Assembly: GCF_001194135.2 (NCBI RefSeq) | Contig: NC_068995.1 | Coordinates: forward strand, 42,096,219-42,139,946 | DNA length: 43,728 bases | From: Octopus bimaculoides | Taxonomy: Eukaryota | Direction: 5' to 3' | Part shown: positions 1 through 11,386 of the stretch, in pieces | How the letters are laid out: each line of letters opens with the position of its first letter | Numbering within the stretch: position 1 is the first letter of the stretch | Translations under genes and position numbers: made by a program | Notes under the pieces: generated by a model | The model's input: only the letters and a program-made list of their open reading frames with translations | What the model was told of the DNA's origin: nothing | Databases searched by the model: none

Positions 1-53
<53 letters not shown>

Positions 54-656
54 CTTCTATGTTCATATACATGTTTATATATCAACATATATTTATACAC
101 ACACCAAATACTTTCTGTAGATATGAAAGGTTTTAATACCGGTATATGGTATACGACGAAGAAATATTTTTCAACATACGTAACAACTCATTTAAAAGAA
201 CAGAAATCTGGAAATATGCATAGACATGTAATGCACTCAAACGCACCTTAGTAAATTTATTTACTTTTTTCTCTTGGTTGGATTTTAACACATAAACATG
301 CATGTGCGCGCGTGTGCGTGTGTATGGGAGGTAATTTTTAGGTTTTAAATATGTTTTGGTTTGGATAAATTTGAAGAATACCAGAAACAGATTTACGATG
401 CAGAAAGTCAATACAGTGAAATATATTATAAGAATCCTTTTGACTAGAACCAGTTGTTTCTTTATATTTCACGATACGATACACACTTGAACACAATCAT
501 GTTTTCAAAATACAATATATCGAAAAGAAATGCTGTTTCCTATATAAACGACTACCAAACAACCATTGCTGAGCGTGGTTCGAAACCTTTTATTATTAAA
601 GTAGATACTAAGGCGGCCAGCTTGAGTACTTACTTTAATAATTGTTTCAAATCTGT

Positions 657-814
657 GCAGGAGTGGCTGTGTGGTAAGTAGCTTGCTTACCAACCACATG
701 GTTCCGGGTTCATTCCCACTGCGTGGCATCTTGGGTAAGTGTCTTCTACTGTAGCCTCGGGCCGACCAAACCTTGTGAGTGAATTTGATAGACGAAAGCT
801 GAAAGAAGCCTGTC

Positions 815-850
<36 letters not shown>

Positions 851-1160
851 NNNNNNNNNNNNNNNNNNNNNNNNNNNNNNNNNNNNNNNNNNNNNNNNNN
901 NNNNNNNNNNNNNNNNNNNNNNNNNNNNNNNNNNNNNNNNNNNNNNNNNNNNNNNNNNNNNNNNNNNNNNNNNNNNNNNNNNNNNNNNNNNNNNNNNNNN
1001 NNNNNNNNNNNNNNNNNNNNNNNNNNNNNNNNNNNNNNNNNNNNNNNNNNNNNNNNNNNNNNNNNNNNNNNNNNNNNNNNNNNNNNNNNNNNNNNNNNNN
1101 NNNNNNNNNNNNNNNNNNNNNNNNNNNNNNNNNNNNNNNNNNNNNNNNNNNNNNNNNNNN

Positions 1161-1196
<36 letters not shown>

Positions 1197-1392
1197 TCCC
1201 CCTAACATCGCTTGACAACCGATGTTTACGTCCCCCGTAACTTAGCGGTTCGGTAAAAGAGACCGATAAAGTAAGTACTAGGCTTACAAAGAATAAGTCC
1301 TGGGGTCGATTTGCTCGACTAAGGGCGGTGCTCCTGCATGGCCGCAGTTAAATGACTGAAACAAGTAAAAGAGTAAAAGAGTAATAGAGTAA
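657..1392 (+). mobile_element. tRNA-derived SINE, family A (CORE-like), full length, with internal (TA)n/(TG)n microsatellite spanning a gap
   Basis: A-box-like TGGCTGTGTGG and B-box-like GGTTCATTCCC are followed by CORE-like GTGGCATCTTGGGTAAGTGTCTT. The 3' half ends in GAGTAAAA repeats. Homologous copies lie at 12579, 14432, 19997 and 36551. Confidence 0.85.
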
Positions 1393-1572
1393 AGCCAGTA
1401 ATTTTGGGGTAGTGAGCAAGTCGATTACATCGATCCTGGTGATCAACTGGTACTTATTTTGTCGACCCTGAAAGGATGAAAGGCAAAGTCGACCTCAGCA
1501 AAATTTGTACACAAAACGGGAAGACGGACGAAATGCCGCTGAGCGTGCTAAATGTTCTGCCAGCTCACTGCC
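1393..1572 (-). mobile_element. tRNA-derived SINE, family B
   Basis: Contains the GACCCTGAAAGGATGAAAGGCAAAGTCGACCTC block shared with about 10 other copies. The reverse complement starts GGCAGTGAGCTGGCAGAA (A-box-like). Confidence 0.8.
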
Positions 1573-1584
1573 TTCGTATCTATT

Positions 1585-1770
1585 TTAATAATGGTTTCAA
1601 ATTTTGGCTCAAGGCTAGCAGTTTCGAAGAAGCATTGAGCTGATACGTATTAACGACCACTAATGAATAAAAGGCTAGGTCGACTTCGGTGGAATTTGAA
1701 CTCAGAATGTAAAACCAGACGAAATGCCGCTAAGCATTTTGCCTGACGTGCTAATGATTGACCCACCCAG
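1585..1770 (-). mobile_element. SINE family B, second head-to-tail copy (GGTTTCAAATTTTGG tail variant)
   Basis: GGAATTTGAACTCAGAATGTAAA (B box on the minus strand) and GAAATGCCGCTAAGCATTTT match the other B copies. Confidence 0.75.
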
Positions 1771-1847
1771 AATTTCTTTCCCTTTTTGTTTTTTTATAAA
1801 CCTGCTACTTATCATATCAGACACTTTTGGTAAACCGCTAAATTATG

Positions 1848-1925
1848 GGCACTTAAACAGACCAAAACCACAACCAGTTGCCAAGCAATATGGGGGTGGG
1901 GGTGGACAAACACAAAGACACACAC
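1848..1925 (-). mobile_element. SINE family A, degenerate fragment of the 3' half
   Basis: CCAGTTGCCAAGCAATATGGGGG...GGACAAACAC resembles 19997-20035 and 36715-36750. Confidence 0.5.
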
Positions 1926-2063
1926 TCATCTATGTTTGTGTCTATCTATTTAGCACTGTCTGTGCGCCTGTCTAGCTATATAGCGATAACTTGAAGGTTC
2001 TACTGAATCGCCATTTTATGACTGATGCTTGAGACATTACGCTGTAAATTTTAAGTACATTCC

Positions 2064-2161
<98 letters not shown>
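2064..2161. repeat. (CAT)n microsatellite running into a gap
   Basis: Perfect CAT array. It is the source of the poly-H/M/D ORFs in the track. Confidence 0.98.
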
Positions 2162-3032
2162 NNNNNNNNNNNNNNNNNNNNNNNNNNNNNNNNNNNNNNN
2201 NNNNNNNNNNNNNNNNNNNNNNNNNNNNNNNNNNNNNNNNNNNNNNNNNNNNNNNNNNNNNNNNNNNNNNNNNNNNNNNNNNNNNNNNNNNNNNNNNNNN
2301 NNNNNNNNNNNNNNNNNNNNNNNNNNNNNNNNNNNNNNNNNNNNNNNNNNNNNNNNNNNNNNNNNNNNNNNNNNNNNNNNNNNNNNNNNNNNNNNNNNNN
2401 NNNNNNNNNNNNNNNNNNNNNNNNNNNNNNNNNNNNNNNNNNNNNNNNNNNNNNNNNNNNNNNNNNNNNNNNNNNNNNNNNNNNNNNNNNNNNNNNNNNN
2501 NNNNNNNNNNNNNNNNNNNNNNNNNNNNNNNNNNNNNNNNNNNNNNNNNNNNNNNNNNNNNNNNNNNNNNNNNNNNNNNNNNNNNNNNNNNNNNNNNNNN
2601 NNNNNNNNNNNNNNNNNNNNNNNNNNNNNNNNNNNNNNNNNNNNNNNNNNNNNNNNNNNNNNNNNNNNNNNNNNNNNNNNNNNNNNNNNNNNNNNNNNNN
2701 NNNNNNNNNNNNNNNNNNNNNNNNNNNNNNNNNNNNNNNNNNNNNNNNNNNNNNNNNNNNNNNNNNNNNNNNNNNNNNNNNNNNNNNNNNNNNNNNNNNN
2801 NNNNNNNNNNNNNNNNNNNNNNNNNNNNNNNNNNNNNNNNNNNNNNNNNNNNNNNNNNNNNNNNNNGGGCGGTCGGAGAGAAATACAATTTAAATGCATT
2901 TGTTGTATTACATAAATATATTTCGCTACTGCCCCTGCTGCTTCCCTTCAAGTTTTCAGTCATCTTATTTTTCACTCCCTCTAGGACGTTGGTTGTGTCT
3001 CGGCAAGTGATTGTAACAAACATGTAGATTAA

Positions 3033-3326
3033 CCCATTACCTACCAGTGATCTCATATGAGATAACTTACAGATTACAAATTTCGTAATTATCTGTCAAT
3101 ATTTACACGTATCTAACCTTTTTTGCTATATCTACTAGGTATATTTCTCTGATATTCAAATGAGCTTTGCTAATTTTTCACCCAATATCTCGCTTATTTC
3201 TATTTAAAATGTTATTTTTAAATGTTATTTTGATCCATTCCAGCGTGTTTCTAAGGCTGTTTTATGCTAGAAATCAAAGTTTCATAAAAAAAAATTTCAG
3301 GTAATAGAATTATGGGAGGTAATGGG
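3033..3326. mobile_element. piggyBac-type MITE (about 294 bp)
   Basis: Ends are TTAA|CCCATTACCTACCA ... TGGGAGGTAATGGG|TTAA, i.e. a TTAA target duplication, CCC...GGG termini and a 13/14 TIR match. No ORF. Confidence 0.85.
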
Positions 3327-3529
3327 TTAAAAATAATAATTATAATGATGCTTTCTTTATTAACCACAAAGGATTACATTAAGAAAAAACATTTCGACAG
3401 TACAGGACAATACAAAGAATGTGTATGTGTGTTCTTGTGAGGGTTTTGCGTGTAAACAAGACTAACAAAATTTTAAAGAGTCAACAACGTGTGATCCTCA
3501 ATAGGAGGGAGACGTTCGAGGTAAAAAAA

Positions 3530-3735
3530 ATAATACTCCTTTCTACTAAAGGCAGAAGGCCTAACATTTTAGGGGAGGGGACCACAATGTTTCACTGGTA
3601 CTTAAATTATCGACCCCGAAAGGATGAAATGCAAAATTGTTAATGGTGGAATTTGAATTCAGAAGGTTAAAAAACCCAGAAGAAATGCCTCTAAGCATTT
3701 TGCCGGACGCTCTAACGACTAACAGCTCATCCCTT
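3530..3735 (-). mobile_element. SINE family B
   Basis: Contains TATCGACCCCGAAAGGATGAAA, GGAATTTGAATTCAGAA and GAAATGCCTCTAAGCATTTT. Confidence 0.8.
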
Positions 3736-4019
3736 TAGATCGCAATAAAAATAATAGTACCACTGTGGTAATATACAGCCATTTCTTCAAAGTCATCGAA
3801 ATATTACCTATGAAGATGGACATAGGCACGTTTTACAAAACAGCAGTTTTAACATGTGACTATTGCTAGGGCATTCTCACAAACTTTGTAAAGTATTAAC
3901 GTTTTCTTGTTCATCGTCGAGGTATAGCGAATTCTTAATTCAAGATTAAAAGAGATTCTTGGTGTATTTCTCAATGGCAAAGAATGACAATAATAGAACG
4001 AGCAGCATCCTTGGCATGA

Positions 4020-4027
<8 letters not shown>

Positions 4028-4054
<27 letters not shown>

Positions 4055-4350
4055 TAGAATCGAAGGGAAGGGCTAGCTCGATTACATCGGCCCCAGTGCT
4101 CAATTGGTACGTATTTTATTTATCGACCCCGAAAATATGAAAGACAAAATTGACCTCACCAGTGTTTGAATCCATAATAATAATAACAATAATAATAATA
4201 ATAATAATAATCTTTCTTCTATAGGCACAAGGCCTGAAATTTGGGGCAGAGGGATAGCTGATAACATCGACTCCTGTATTTTGCTGGTACTTAATTTATC
4301 GACCCCGAGAGAATGAAAGGCAAAGTCGACCTCGGTGGGTTATGAACTCA

Positions 4351-4388
<38 letters not shown>

Positions 4389-4513
4389 TGGTTGTAATAC
4401 ATGTGTCTGATGTACTCTGATCAGACGAGTAGTCATGATGGGTATACTGGGCTTCGTATACTTTACCCCAGTGTCACTTTGATGGCATACATTACTCTCT
4501 TTCTTTCTCACTC

Positions 4514-4544
<31 letters not shown>

Positions 4545-4545
4545 G
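4028..4545. mobile_element. Stack of three truncated retroelements separated by (TAA)n: SINE B (4057-4153, -), SINE B (4210-4352, -) and a family C 3' end (4388-4513, +)
   Basis: Four (AAT)n tracts (about 4028-4056, 4154-4210, 4352-4385, 4514-4543) bound the elements. The B core motifs are present. The C end CACTTTGATGGCAT...CACTCA(AAT)n is shared with 9245-9277. Confidence 0.8.
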
Positions 4546-5663
4546 TAATTAGAAGAAGAGATTCTTTCATAGAATGATAATGACGATAAATAAACAAATA
4601 AATAGATACGTCAATTTTAGCTCCATTGCGACAAGCTTACAGACAAATGGTTGATAATTTCAAACAGTGATTACGTGTTAAATTGGTGCTAAGGAAAAGG
4701 AGAAGACAAGAAAAGCAACGGGATACACCAGTAGGATGATGGTGGAGGAGGTGGTGCTGAGAGGAGATTGCTGAGAGGATGGGTGTCGGGGGCAGTCGGT
4801 GAGTTGTTGGTGGAATGTCAAGGTTGGTGGCGTGGAACCGGGGCGGGAGAAAATGGGTTGGCTGACGTGGGTTGGGGGGGTTGATATCTGCATTGGAACC
4901 TGCAGCAGTGCATGCATCGACAAATTATGCAAGGTGTTGTGGGTTTGGGGATAAGAAGTGTGTGTGTGTGTGTGTGTGTGNNNNNNNNNNNNNNNNNNNN
5001 NNNNNNNNNNNNNNNNNNNNNNNNNNNNNNNNNNNNNNNNNNNNNNNNNNNNNNNNNNNNNNNNNNNNNNNNNNNNNNNNNNNNNNNNNNNNNNNNNNNN
5101 NNNNNNNNNNNNNNNNNNNNNNNNNNNNNNNNNNNNNNNNNNNNNNNNNNNNNNNGCGCGTGTAATGATGCCATTTCCGAAAGAAGGGAAGACAGCTTAG
5201 AGTACAAGAAAACGCAGAGAGAGAAAGAGAGTGAGAGAGAGATGGGGAGGGAGAGAGAGAAAGAGAGTAACGAGGGAGAAAGAGTGGGAGAGAAATATAT
5301 ATATGAGAGAGGGGGGGAGAAAGAAAGAGACTAATGATGAGAGCCAAGCTATGAAAGAAAAAACGGGGCAGACAGACAGGCAGACTGAGTGACAGATAGT
5401 GTGGACGATGGTGAACGAGGTTGAGCGAAGGTAAGTGAGGCAAGAAATGGGATGGGAGTTTAAAGATTAGAGTGACATCGTCATGTCAACATCCGTTTGA
5501 AGAAAGGCGGGAAATGTCAAGGACGGTGGAACATGTGATAGTTGTAATTATGTTAGCAGAATCTAAATTTTGAGATATTGGGACACAGCCAACCTAGTAA
5601 TCATCTCCGTGGAGGAATAATGATGACAATGACAATGATAATGACAGTAACAACGACAACCAC

Positions 5664-6004
5664 AACAACAACAATAATCCTTTCTACTATAGGCACAAGG
5701 CCTGAAATTTGTGGGTAAGAGACTAGACAATTACATCGACCCCAGTACTCAACTGATATTTAATTTATCGACCCCGAAAGGATGAAAGCAAAGTCAACAA
5801 TCTACTGGAGCAGTGCTTTGCATCCGGTATGCTAACAACAATAATAATCCTTTCTACTATAGGCACAAAACCTGAAATTTGTGGGTAGGAGACTAGACAA
5901 TTACATCGACCCCAGTACTCAACTGGTATTTAATTTATCGACCCCGAAAGGATGAAAGGCAAAGTCGACAATCTACTGGATCAGTGCTCCGCATCCGGTA
6001 TGCT
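5664..6004 (-). repeat. Tandem duplication (170-bp period) of a SINE B 3' half plus the start of the adjacent MITE
   Basis: ATCCTTTCTACTATAGGCACAA occurs at 5677 and 5847. Both units end in CATCCGGTATGCT. Confidence 0.9.
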
Positions 6005-6169
6005 ACGGCACACTGGTGTGCCACGAGACGATGCTAAGTGTGCCACAGTGTAACCTGAATATGATTTTTTACCTTATACTTTTTGATATATTTTTCGTTC
6101 AGGTATACCGCCGAAATTTTGAAAAGAATTTAAGTGTACCGCAAGTGAGAAAAAGATGGCGGAGAACTG
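5982..6169. mobile_element. hAT-type MITE (about 188 bp)
   Basis: Imperfect TIRs CAGTGCTCCGCATC / GATGGCGGAGAACTG. Flanks are TACTGGAT (TACTGGAG in the duplicated copy) and TACTTCAG, consistent with a decayed 8-bp TSD. Internal GGCACACTGGTGTGCC palindrome and GTGTGCC/GTGTACC subterminal motifs. Confidence 0.7.
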
Positions 6170-6179
6170 TACTTCAGGC

Positions 6180-6374
6180 ACGGCACAAAACCTGGTGTTT
6201 TGACATAGGTGATTTGCCGGTGACATCAATCAAAGTACTCGACTTGCACTTATGATATCGATTCCGAAATGATGAAAGGTAAAGTTCATCACGGTGGTGT
6301 TTGATCTCAGAATGTAAAGAGTCTAAAGAAATGCTGTTAAGTACTTTGTTCGCCGCGCTAACGATTCTGCCACC
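6180..6374 (-). mobile_element. SINE family B, degenerate near-full copy
   Basis: Contains GATTCCGAAATGATGAAAGGTAAAGTT, TTTGATCTCAGAATGTAAAG and GCTAACGATTCTGCCACC. Confidence 0.7.
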
Positions 6375-6880
6375 TTAACAACAACAAAATTGACAGTGAG
6401 ACGGGAAATATAGATCGGTTGCACCATGTTTCATTTGCAGGCGGAGTCATTGATCTCTAAGTGTAAAAACTAGGGTGTGTTTTCAGTTTCGTTTTTGTTT
6501 TTTTTTTTGCTATGTAGTTTAATTATTTGATTTTTTTTAAAATTAAGTTCAGTTCAATTCACATGAAGTAAGAATATCCAGAGATATTTGTATCGATTAT
6601 TTAGCTTCGATTTGAATGAATACAGCGGAATTGTGTCAACGGATAAGGTCGGCAGATGAACTACCAAAATATTTTGACAATGTCCTCTATGTGCGTTACA
6701 ATGAACAAACGAATACAATGGGGGTATTTCAACTGCAAACAATCTGTATGTGATTGTGTGTGAAATTATTATCATGCCTTTTACACGATGTAATTGCTTT
6801 TAATTTCAACATATGTCGTCAGATCAACCGTCTCTAGATAGTTATGTAAAATGCAAACACACACACACACATACACAAAT

Positions 6881-6945
<65 letters not shown>

Positions 6946-7460
6946 CATGTACACACACACACACACACACACGTGTTCAGTTGTAATAAAAACGATATTA
7001 CATTAATCTAATGGGTTACTCTATACTTACGTAGAGGACAAATTTATTTTTCTTATAAAATATTATTGACAGTGACTTTGGAGTTTCGGCCAGATCCGAC
7101 AATGGCTACATTGGACGAAATTTCGAGGTCACTTTCAACAATATAAGAATAATATATATACCCAATAATATAAAAACTTCTAAAGGCAGATGTCTATAGG
7201 GGTGAAGGAAGAATGTAGTTGATTGTCCCAGACCCTAATGTCTTACTGGTATATCATTATATGAATACCAAAGTTAGCTAAATTAATTTACTATATGAAC
7301 AAGCTGTAGGTCTTCCTTGGGATGAGTTACCGCTGCTGTGGACTAGCATCACTTCCATGATGCATCACATTTTTTCACACGCTGGCATTGAATTTGTAGT
7401 TAAGGGCAACTGTTAGTATGTATTACGTTATTACTGCTGCTAATAATAATAATAATAATA

Positions 7461-8529
7461 AAACTAATACAAATAGCCACAAAACACGAGCAAAACAAAA
7501 AACTGTTTTCAGTATTTAAGGAAGCAGACAAATACAAACAAGAAATCAATCTACCTAACAAATACGAAGAAGAAGAAGAAGAAACAACAAAAGCTATAAA
7601 ACAAATGAAATCCAAACTAAAACTAGAACAGCAACGGACCATGATAAAACGATGGCAAGAAAAGCCCCTACATGGTAAATACTGGGCTAAACTAAATGCG
7701 AAAGAAATAGACAGAGAAAAATCCCAGCAATGGCTGAGAAGCTCAGGACTTAAAGCAGAGNNNNNNNNNNNNNNNNNNNNNNNNNNNNNNNNNNNNNNNN
7801 NNNNNNNNNNNNNNNNNNNNNNNNNNNNNNNNNNNNNNNNNNNNNNNNNNNNNNNNNNNNNNNNNNNNNNNNNNNNNNNNNNNNNNNNNNNNNNNNNNNN
7901 NNNNNNNNNNNNNNNNNNNNNNNNNNNNNNNNNNNNNNNNNNNNNNNNNNNNNNNNNNNNNNNNNNNNNNNNNNNNNNNNNNNNNNNNNNNNNNNNNNNN
8001 NNNNNNNNNNNNNNNNNNNNNNNNNNNNNNNNNNNNNNNNNNNNNNNNNNNNNNNNNNNNNNNNNNNNNNNNNNNNNNNNNNNNNNNNNNNNNNNNNNNN
8101 NNNNNNNNNNNNNNNNNNNNNNNNNNNNNNNNNNNNNNNNNNNNNNNNNNNNNNNNNNNNNNNNNNNNNNNNNNNNNNNNNNNNNNNNNNNNNNNNNNNN
8201 NNNNNNNNNNNNNNNNNNNNNNNNNNNNNNNNNNNNNNNNNNNNNNNNNNNNNNNNNNNNNNNNNNNNNNNNNNNNNNNNNNNNNNNNNNNNNNNNNNNN
8301 NNNNNNNNNNNNNNNNNNNNNNNNNNNNNNNNNNNNNNNNNNNNNNNNNNNNNNNNNNNNNNNNNNNNNNNNNNNNNNNNNNNNNNNNNNNNNNNNNNNN
8401 NNNNNNNNNNNNNNNNNNNNNNNNNNNNNNNNNNNNNNNNNNNNNNNNNNNNNNNNNNNNNNNNNNNNNNNNNNNNNNNNNNNNNNNNNNNNNNNNNNNN
8501 NNNNNNNNNNNNNNNNTTCAATACAGTAA
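7461..8529 (+). CDS. 5'-truncated ORF of an R4/Dong-clade (RLE) non-LTR retrotransposon, post-RT region; middle hidden in gap 7761-8516
   Basis: 100 uninterrupted codons at 7461-7760: KLIQIATKHEQNKKLFSVFKEADKYKQEINLPNKYEEEEEETTKAIKQMKSKLKLEQQRTMIKRWQEKPLHGKYWAKLNAKEIDREKSQQWLRSSGLKAE. The W..KPLHG.Y...D...S..WL...GLK.E motif is characteristic of R4/Dong/Rex6 proteins just before the CCHC and RLE domains. After the gap the sequence reads ..S-I-Q-stop (TAA 8527-8529); the frame across the gap cannot be verified. Confidence 0.8.
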
Positions 8530-8627
8530 ACATAAGAGCACCACAGCAAACCACAGCACATACCCAAGGCGCACAGAGCTGCGCTCGGTAGTGAAATGAA
8601 AGCACGTTATAAAAATAAAACTACTGA
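7462..8627 (+). mobile_element. R4/Dong-type LINE (element A) inserted in (TAA)n
   Basis: (TAA)n at 7441-7461 and (AAT)n at 8627-8643 flank the element. The 3' UTR is about 100 nt and has a GCGCA/TGCGC hairpin at 8569-8584. Confidence 0.8.
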
Positions 8628-8643
8628 ATAATAATAATAATAA

Positions 8644-8829
8644 ATTTTAAAACAAACATAATTTTCTTATGGTTTCTTAAACATTCTCTAGAACAACACT
8701 ATGTACAAATCGAAATATATGGTACCCTAGGCATAACACCTACATGAACTTCTAACTTGTTGTCTCTTGAGGTCTCTGGGTGAGACTTGGATCCAACTTG
8801 TACAAATGCAAAGCAAAAGTCAAACATAA
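8644..8829 (+). mobile_element. Probable 3' end of a second Dong-like element (B') between (AAT)n tracts
   Basis: Non-repetitive 186 bp bounded by (AAT)n on both sides. AGGTCTC-TGGGT-GAGACTT stem-loop at 8770-8788. It has no coding signature, so the assignment rests on context. Confidence 0.55.
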
Positions 8830-8846
8830 AATAATAATAATAATAA

Positions 8847-9276
8847 TTTGGTTCTCATAGCTCCTAATCTTAACTGATTGGAAGTGTTATCATGTACTGT
8901 TTTGGCTTTGTGTAAAAGCTGAGCAACAACAAAAATTCTGGTCAATACCACAGATTTGCTTGTCAGTTGTTTGACCATAACCAGTTGAGCATGTCCCTCG
9001 GTGGCTGACAATATGTGCATCTCTGATCATGAGCAGGAGTAGTGGAGGAGCATCAGAGCCATGTGTTGAGAGGAATTCTTCGGCTTTTGAATAATTCACA
9101 TCTGGAGACACGAGTGTTTCGTTCATCATCCACAAACAAACCTTATTCAGAGACCTTTATGAGTGGGATGGGCTACTCGACCTGAAGAAAATTCTAACTG
9201 AGCCCTCACCTGCAAGGTCATGCGCTGTTTATCTTGATGGCATTCACTTTGATGGCATTCACTGCTCTCTCACTCA

Positions 9277-9277
<1 letters not shown>
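8847..9277 (+). mobile_element. Family C retroelement 3' region ending in (TAA)n
   Basis: Shares its terminus with 4470-4513. It is flanked by (AAT)n at 8830-8846 and (TAA)n at 9278-9323, and has a 15-bp direct repeat TTGATGGCATTCACT at 9234 and 9249. Confidence 0.65.
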
Positions 9278-9326
<49 letters not shown>

Positions 9327-9935
9327 GCCACTGCTTTAATAATGATTTATTGTCAGCATCAAGGACAATAACAGTAATAAAGTTAGCGCTCGACCACAAG
9401 TCCACTGACAGCAACAAACACCACCACCACCACTAACAACAACAAGGAAAACAACAAAACTATTTACACAATTACTACCGAAAGCGCTACCACAAAAACC
9501 AATACCAGCGCGCACCACCACCACCACCACTGCTATTGCCGACACTGTCATCTTTATTATCTCCAACACCACCATCACCAACCATACCTGCACAATGCTA
9601 TGTCGATAAACTAGTAAATGATTTGAAAAGTGAACAAAACAACGACAACAGCAATTAAATATAAAACAATATCAACAACAGCAATTATATTGAATTAGTG
9701 TCAGAGACGCGAGTTAGGGCCGCCATATTGCATCAAATCTGAATAAATGGTTAGCATGAAATAGCGAGAGAGAGAGAAAGGTGGGGGAGATGATGAGAGA
9801 AAAAGTGCGGGGGAGAGCGACAGACAGTCAGAAACAGAGGGGAGAGAATTGAGTGACAAAGATGGCATTAGTGGCGGTTGCATTGAATGATAGATAGACT
9901 GAGAGAGAAAAATACATTGAGAAGAAGAGACAGAT

Positions 9936-9979
<44 letters not shown>

Positions 9980-10299
9980 GGGGCGAAGAAAGAGAGTCCA
10001 TGAAAGAAGGGTTACAAAAGAAAGAAAGAACGAGAGGCTGTAGAAGAGCTAAATGACAAGTCGCACGGTCGAAGTAAAACTTACCGCAGGTTGTCGTAAA
10101 TGGCAGATGCCACCACGATAGATGAGCCAAAACTCATATTAGCGCGCGCGTATGTTTATTTGTTATTCATTCGAAACTGGTGGTTATTTTTGTACTCCAG
10201 CTTTACTTGTAAATGCATTTGTCCAGGCGTCAAACGATATAAATTCCTGGACTTGTATTGAGTTCTCCTTACGTTCTTACGAGTTGTTTAAAAACTTAC

Positions 10300-10617
10300 G
10301 CTTGGCGCAGTGGTTAGGGCATTTAGTTCCCGATCGTGAAATCATGAGTTCGATTCACGGCGGCGCCTTGTGTCCTTCAGCAAGAAACTTTATTTGACGT
10401 TGTCCCATTTCACTCAACTGGCAAAGAATGAGACATACCTGTAATGCGAAGGGTCAGCCTTGTCACATTCTGTGTCACGCTGAATTTCCTTGAGAACTGC
10501 GTTAAGGGTACGTGTGTCTGTGGAGTGAGTACTCAACCACTCACACACTAATTTCCCGAGCAGGCTGTTCCGTTGATCAAATCAACTGCAACCCTCGTCG
10601 TAACCGATGGAGTGCTA
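10300..10617 (+). mobile_element. tRNA-derived SINE with CORE-like centre (distinct family)
   Basis: A box TGGCGCAGTGG (10303) and B box GAGTTCGATTC (10346) are followed by CORE-like TTGTGTCCTTCAGCAAGAAACTTTA and TCACTCAACTG. Confidence 0.75.
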
Positions 10618-10865
10618 GTATATAAAAACTCTCACATGCATATGATCCGTTTTGATCATAAATACTGGGGACTTCTTGCTAGAAAGATATCTTGACTCAG
10701 AGAGAGAGGATTAAAAAAATCCTTTTGTCGATTAATTGTGTGCGTGTGTGTGCGTTTTGAAATTCTTTTCTTTGTTTCATGGAAAGAAAAGATGTGATTG
10801 TCTGTTTAATACAGTTCATCTTTCATAGAATTCAGAAAACAAACAGACAACGTTAAAGTATTAAA

Positions 10866-10955
10866 GTTACATAGACGTTTCGGTTTTTATACTTCACCAA
10901 TATAACTGGTAACTGTTAATTTGCATTTAAAACCATGATAATATATTTGTATTAG
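10866..10955 (-). ncRNA. Decayed Penelope-type hammerhead-like motif with upstream flank
   Basis: The minus strand reads TTGGTGA-AG-TATAAAAA-CC-GAAACGTC. It is homologous to 11387-11470 on the plus strand. Confidence 0.45.
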
Positions 10956-11386
10956 TTCCGTTCAAAATAATAATGTTATTTGTACTCATGAATGTAATTA
11001 GAGAAACCAGAAGGGTTATTAATATAAATGAGCTGAATGACAAACAAAATTAGATAGCCTAGAATCGAATTTTGCTTTATTATTGTCGTCCTTTAGAGTA
11101 CAGTAAGGTTTTGAACAAAAAGAAGAAATAAAGCGCATTTTCGAATATCAACTACTTCCACCAAAAACTTGATTTCTTAGCCTATGACAAGAGTTTCAAC
11201 AAGAAGAAAAAATACCAGGTCAAATGTAGATTCTCTTGCTACCAAGTTTAGTTTTTTCTTAACACATTTGCAATATGAACTCGTCTAATCGCTATAACTA
11301 AGCTATACGCCTACAATTAACACATAGTATAAGATAACAAATATATTATTATAATACATTATAATTATACATTTGCAACAGTTGAG

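Noticed and set aside
4030-9323. Repeat-spacer-like alternation resembling a CRISPR array
   Set aside because: The repeats are variable-length (TAA)n and the spacers are retroelement fragments. The context is eukaryotic and there are no cas genes.
10300-10375. Possible tRNA gene
   Set aside because: A and B boxes are present, but the sequence runs into a SINE body and does not close a cloverleaf. The same applies to the other SINE heads.
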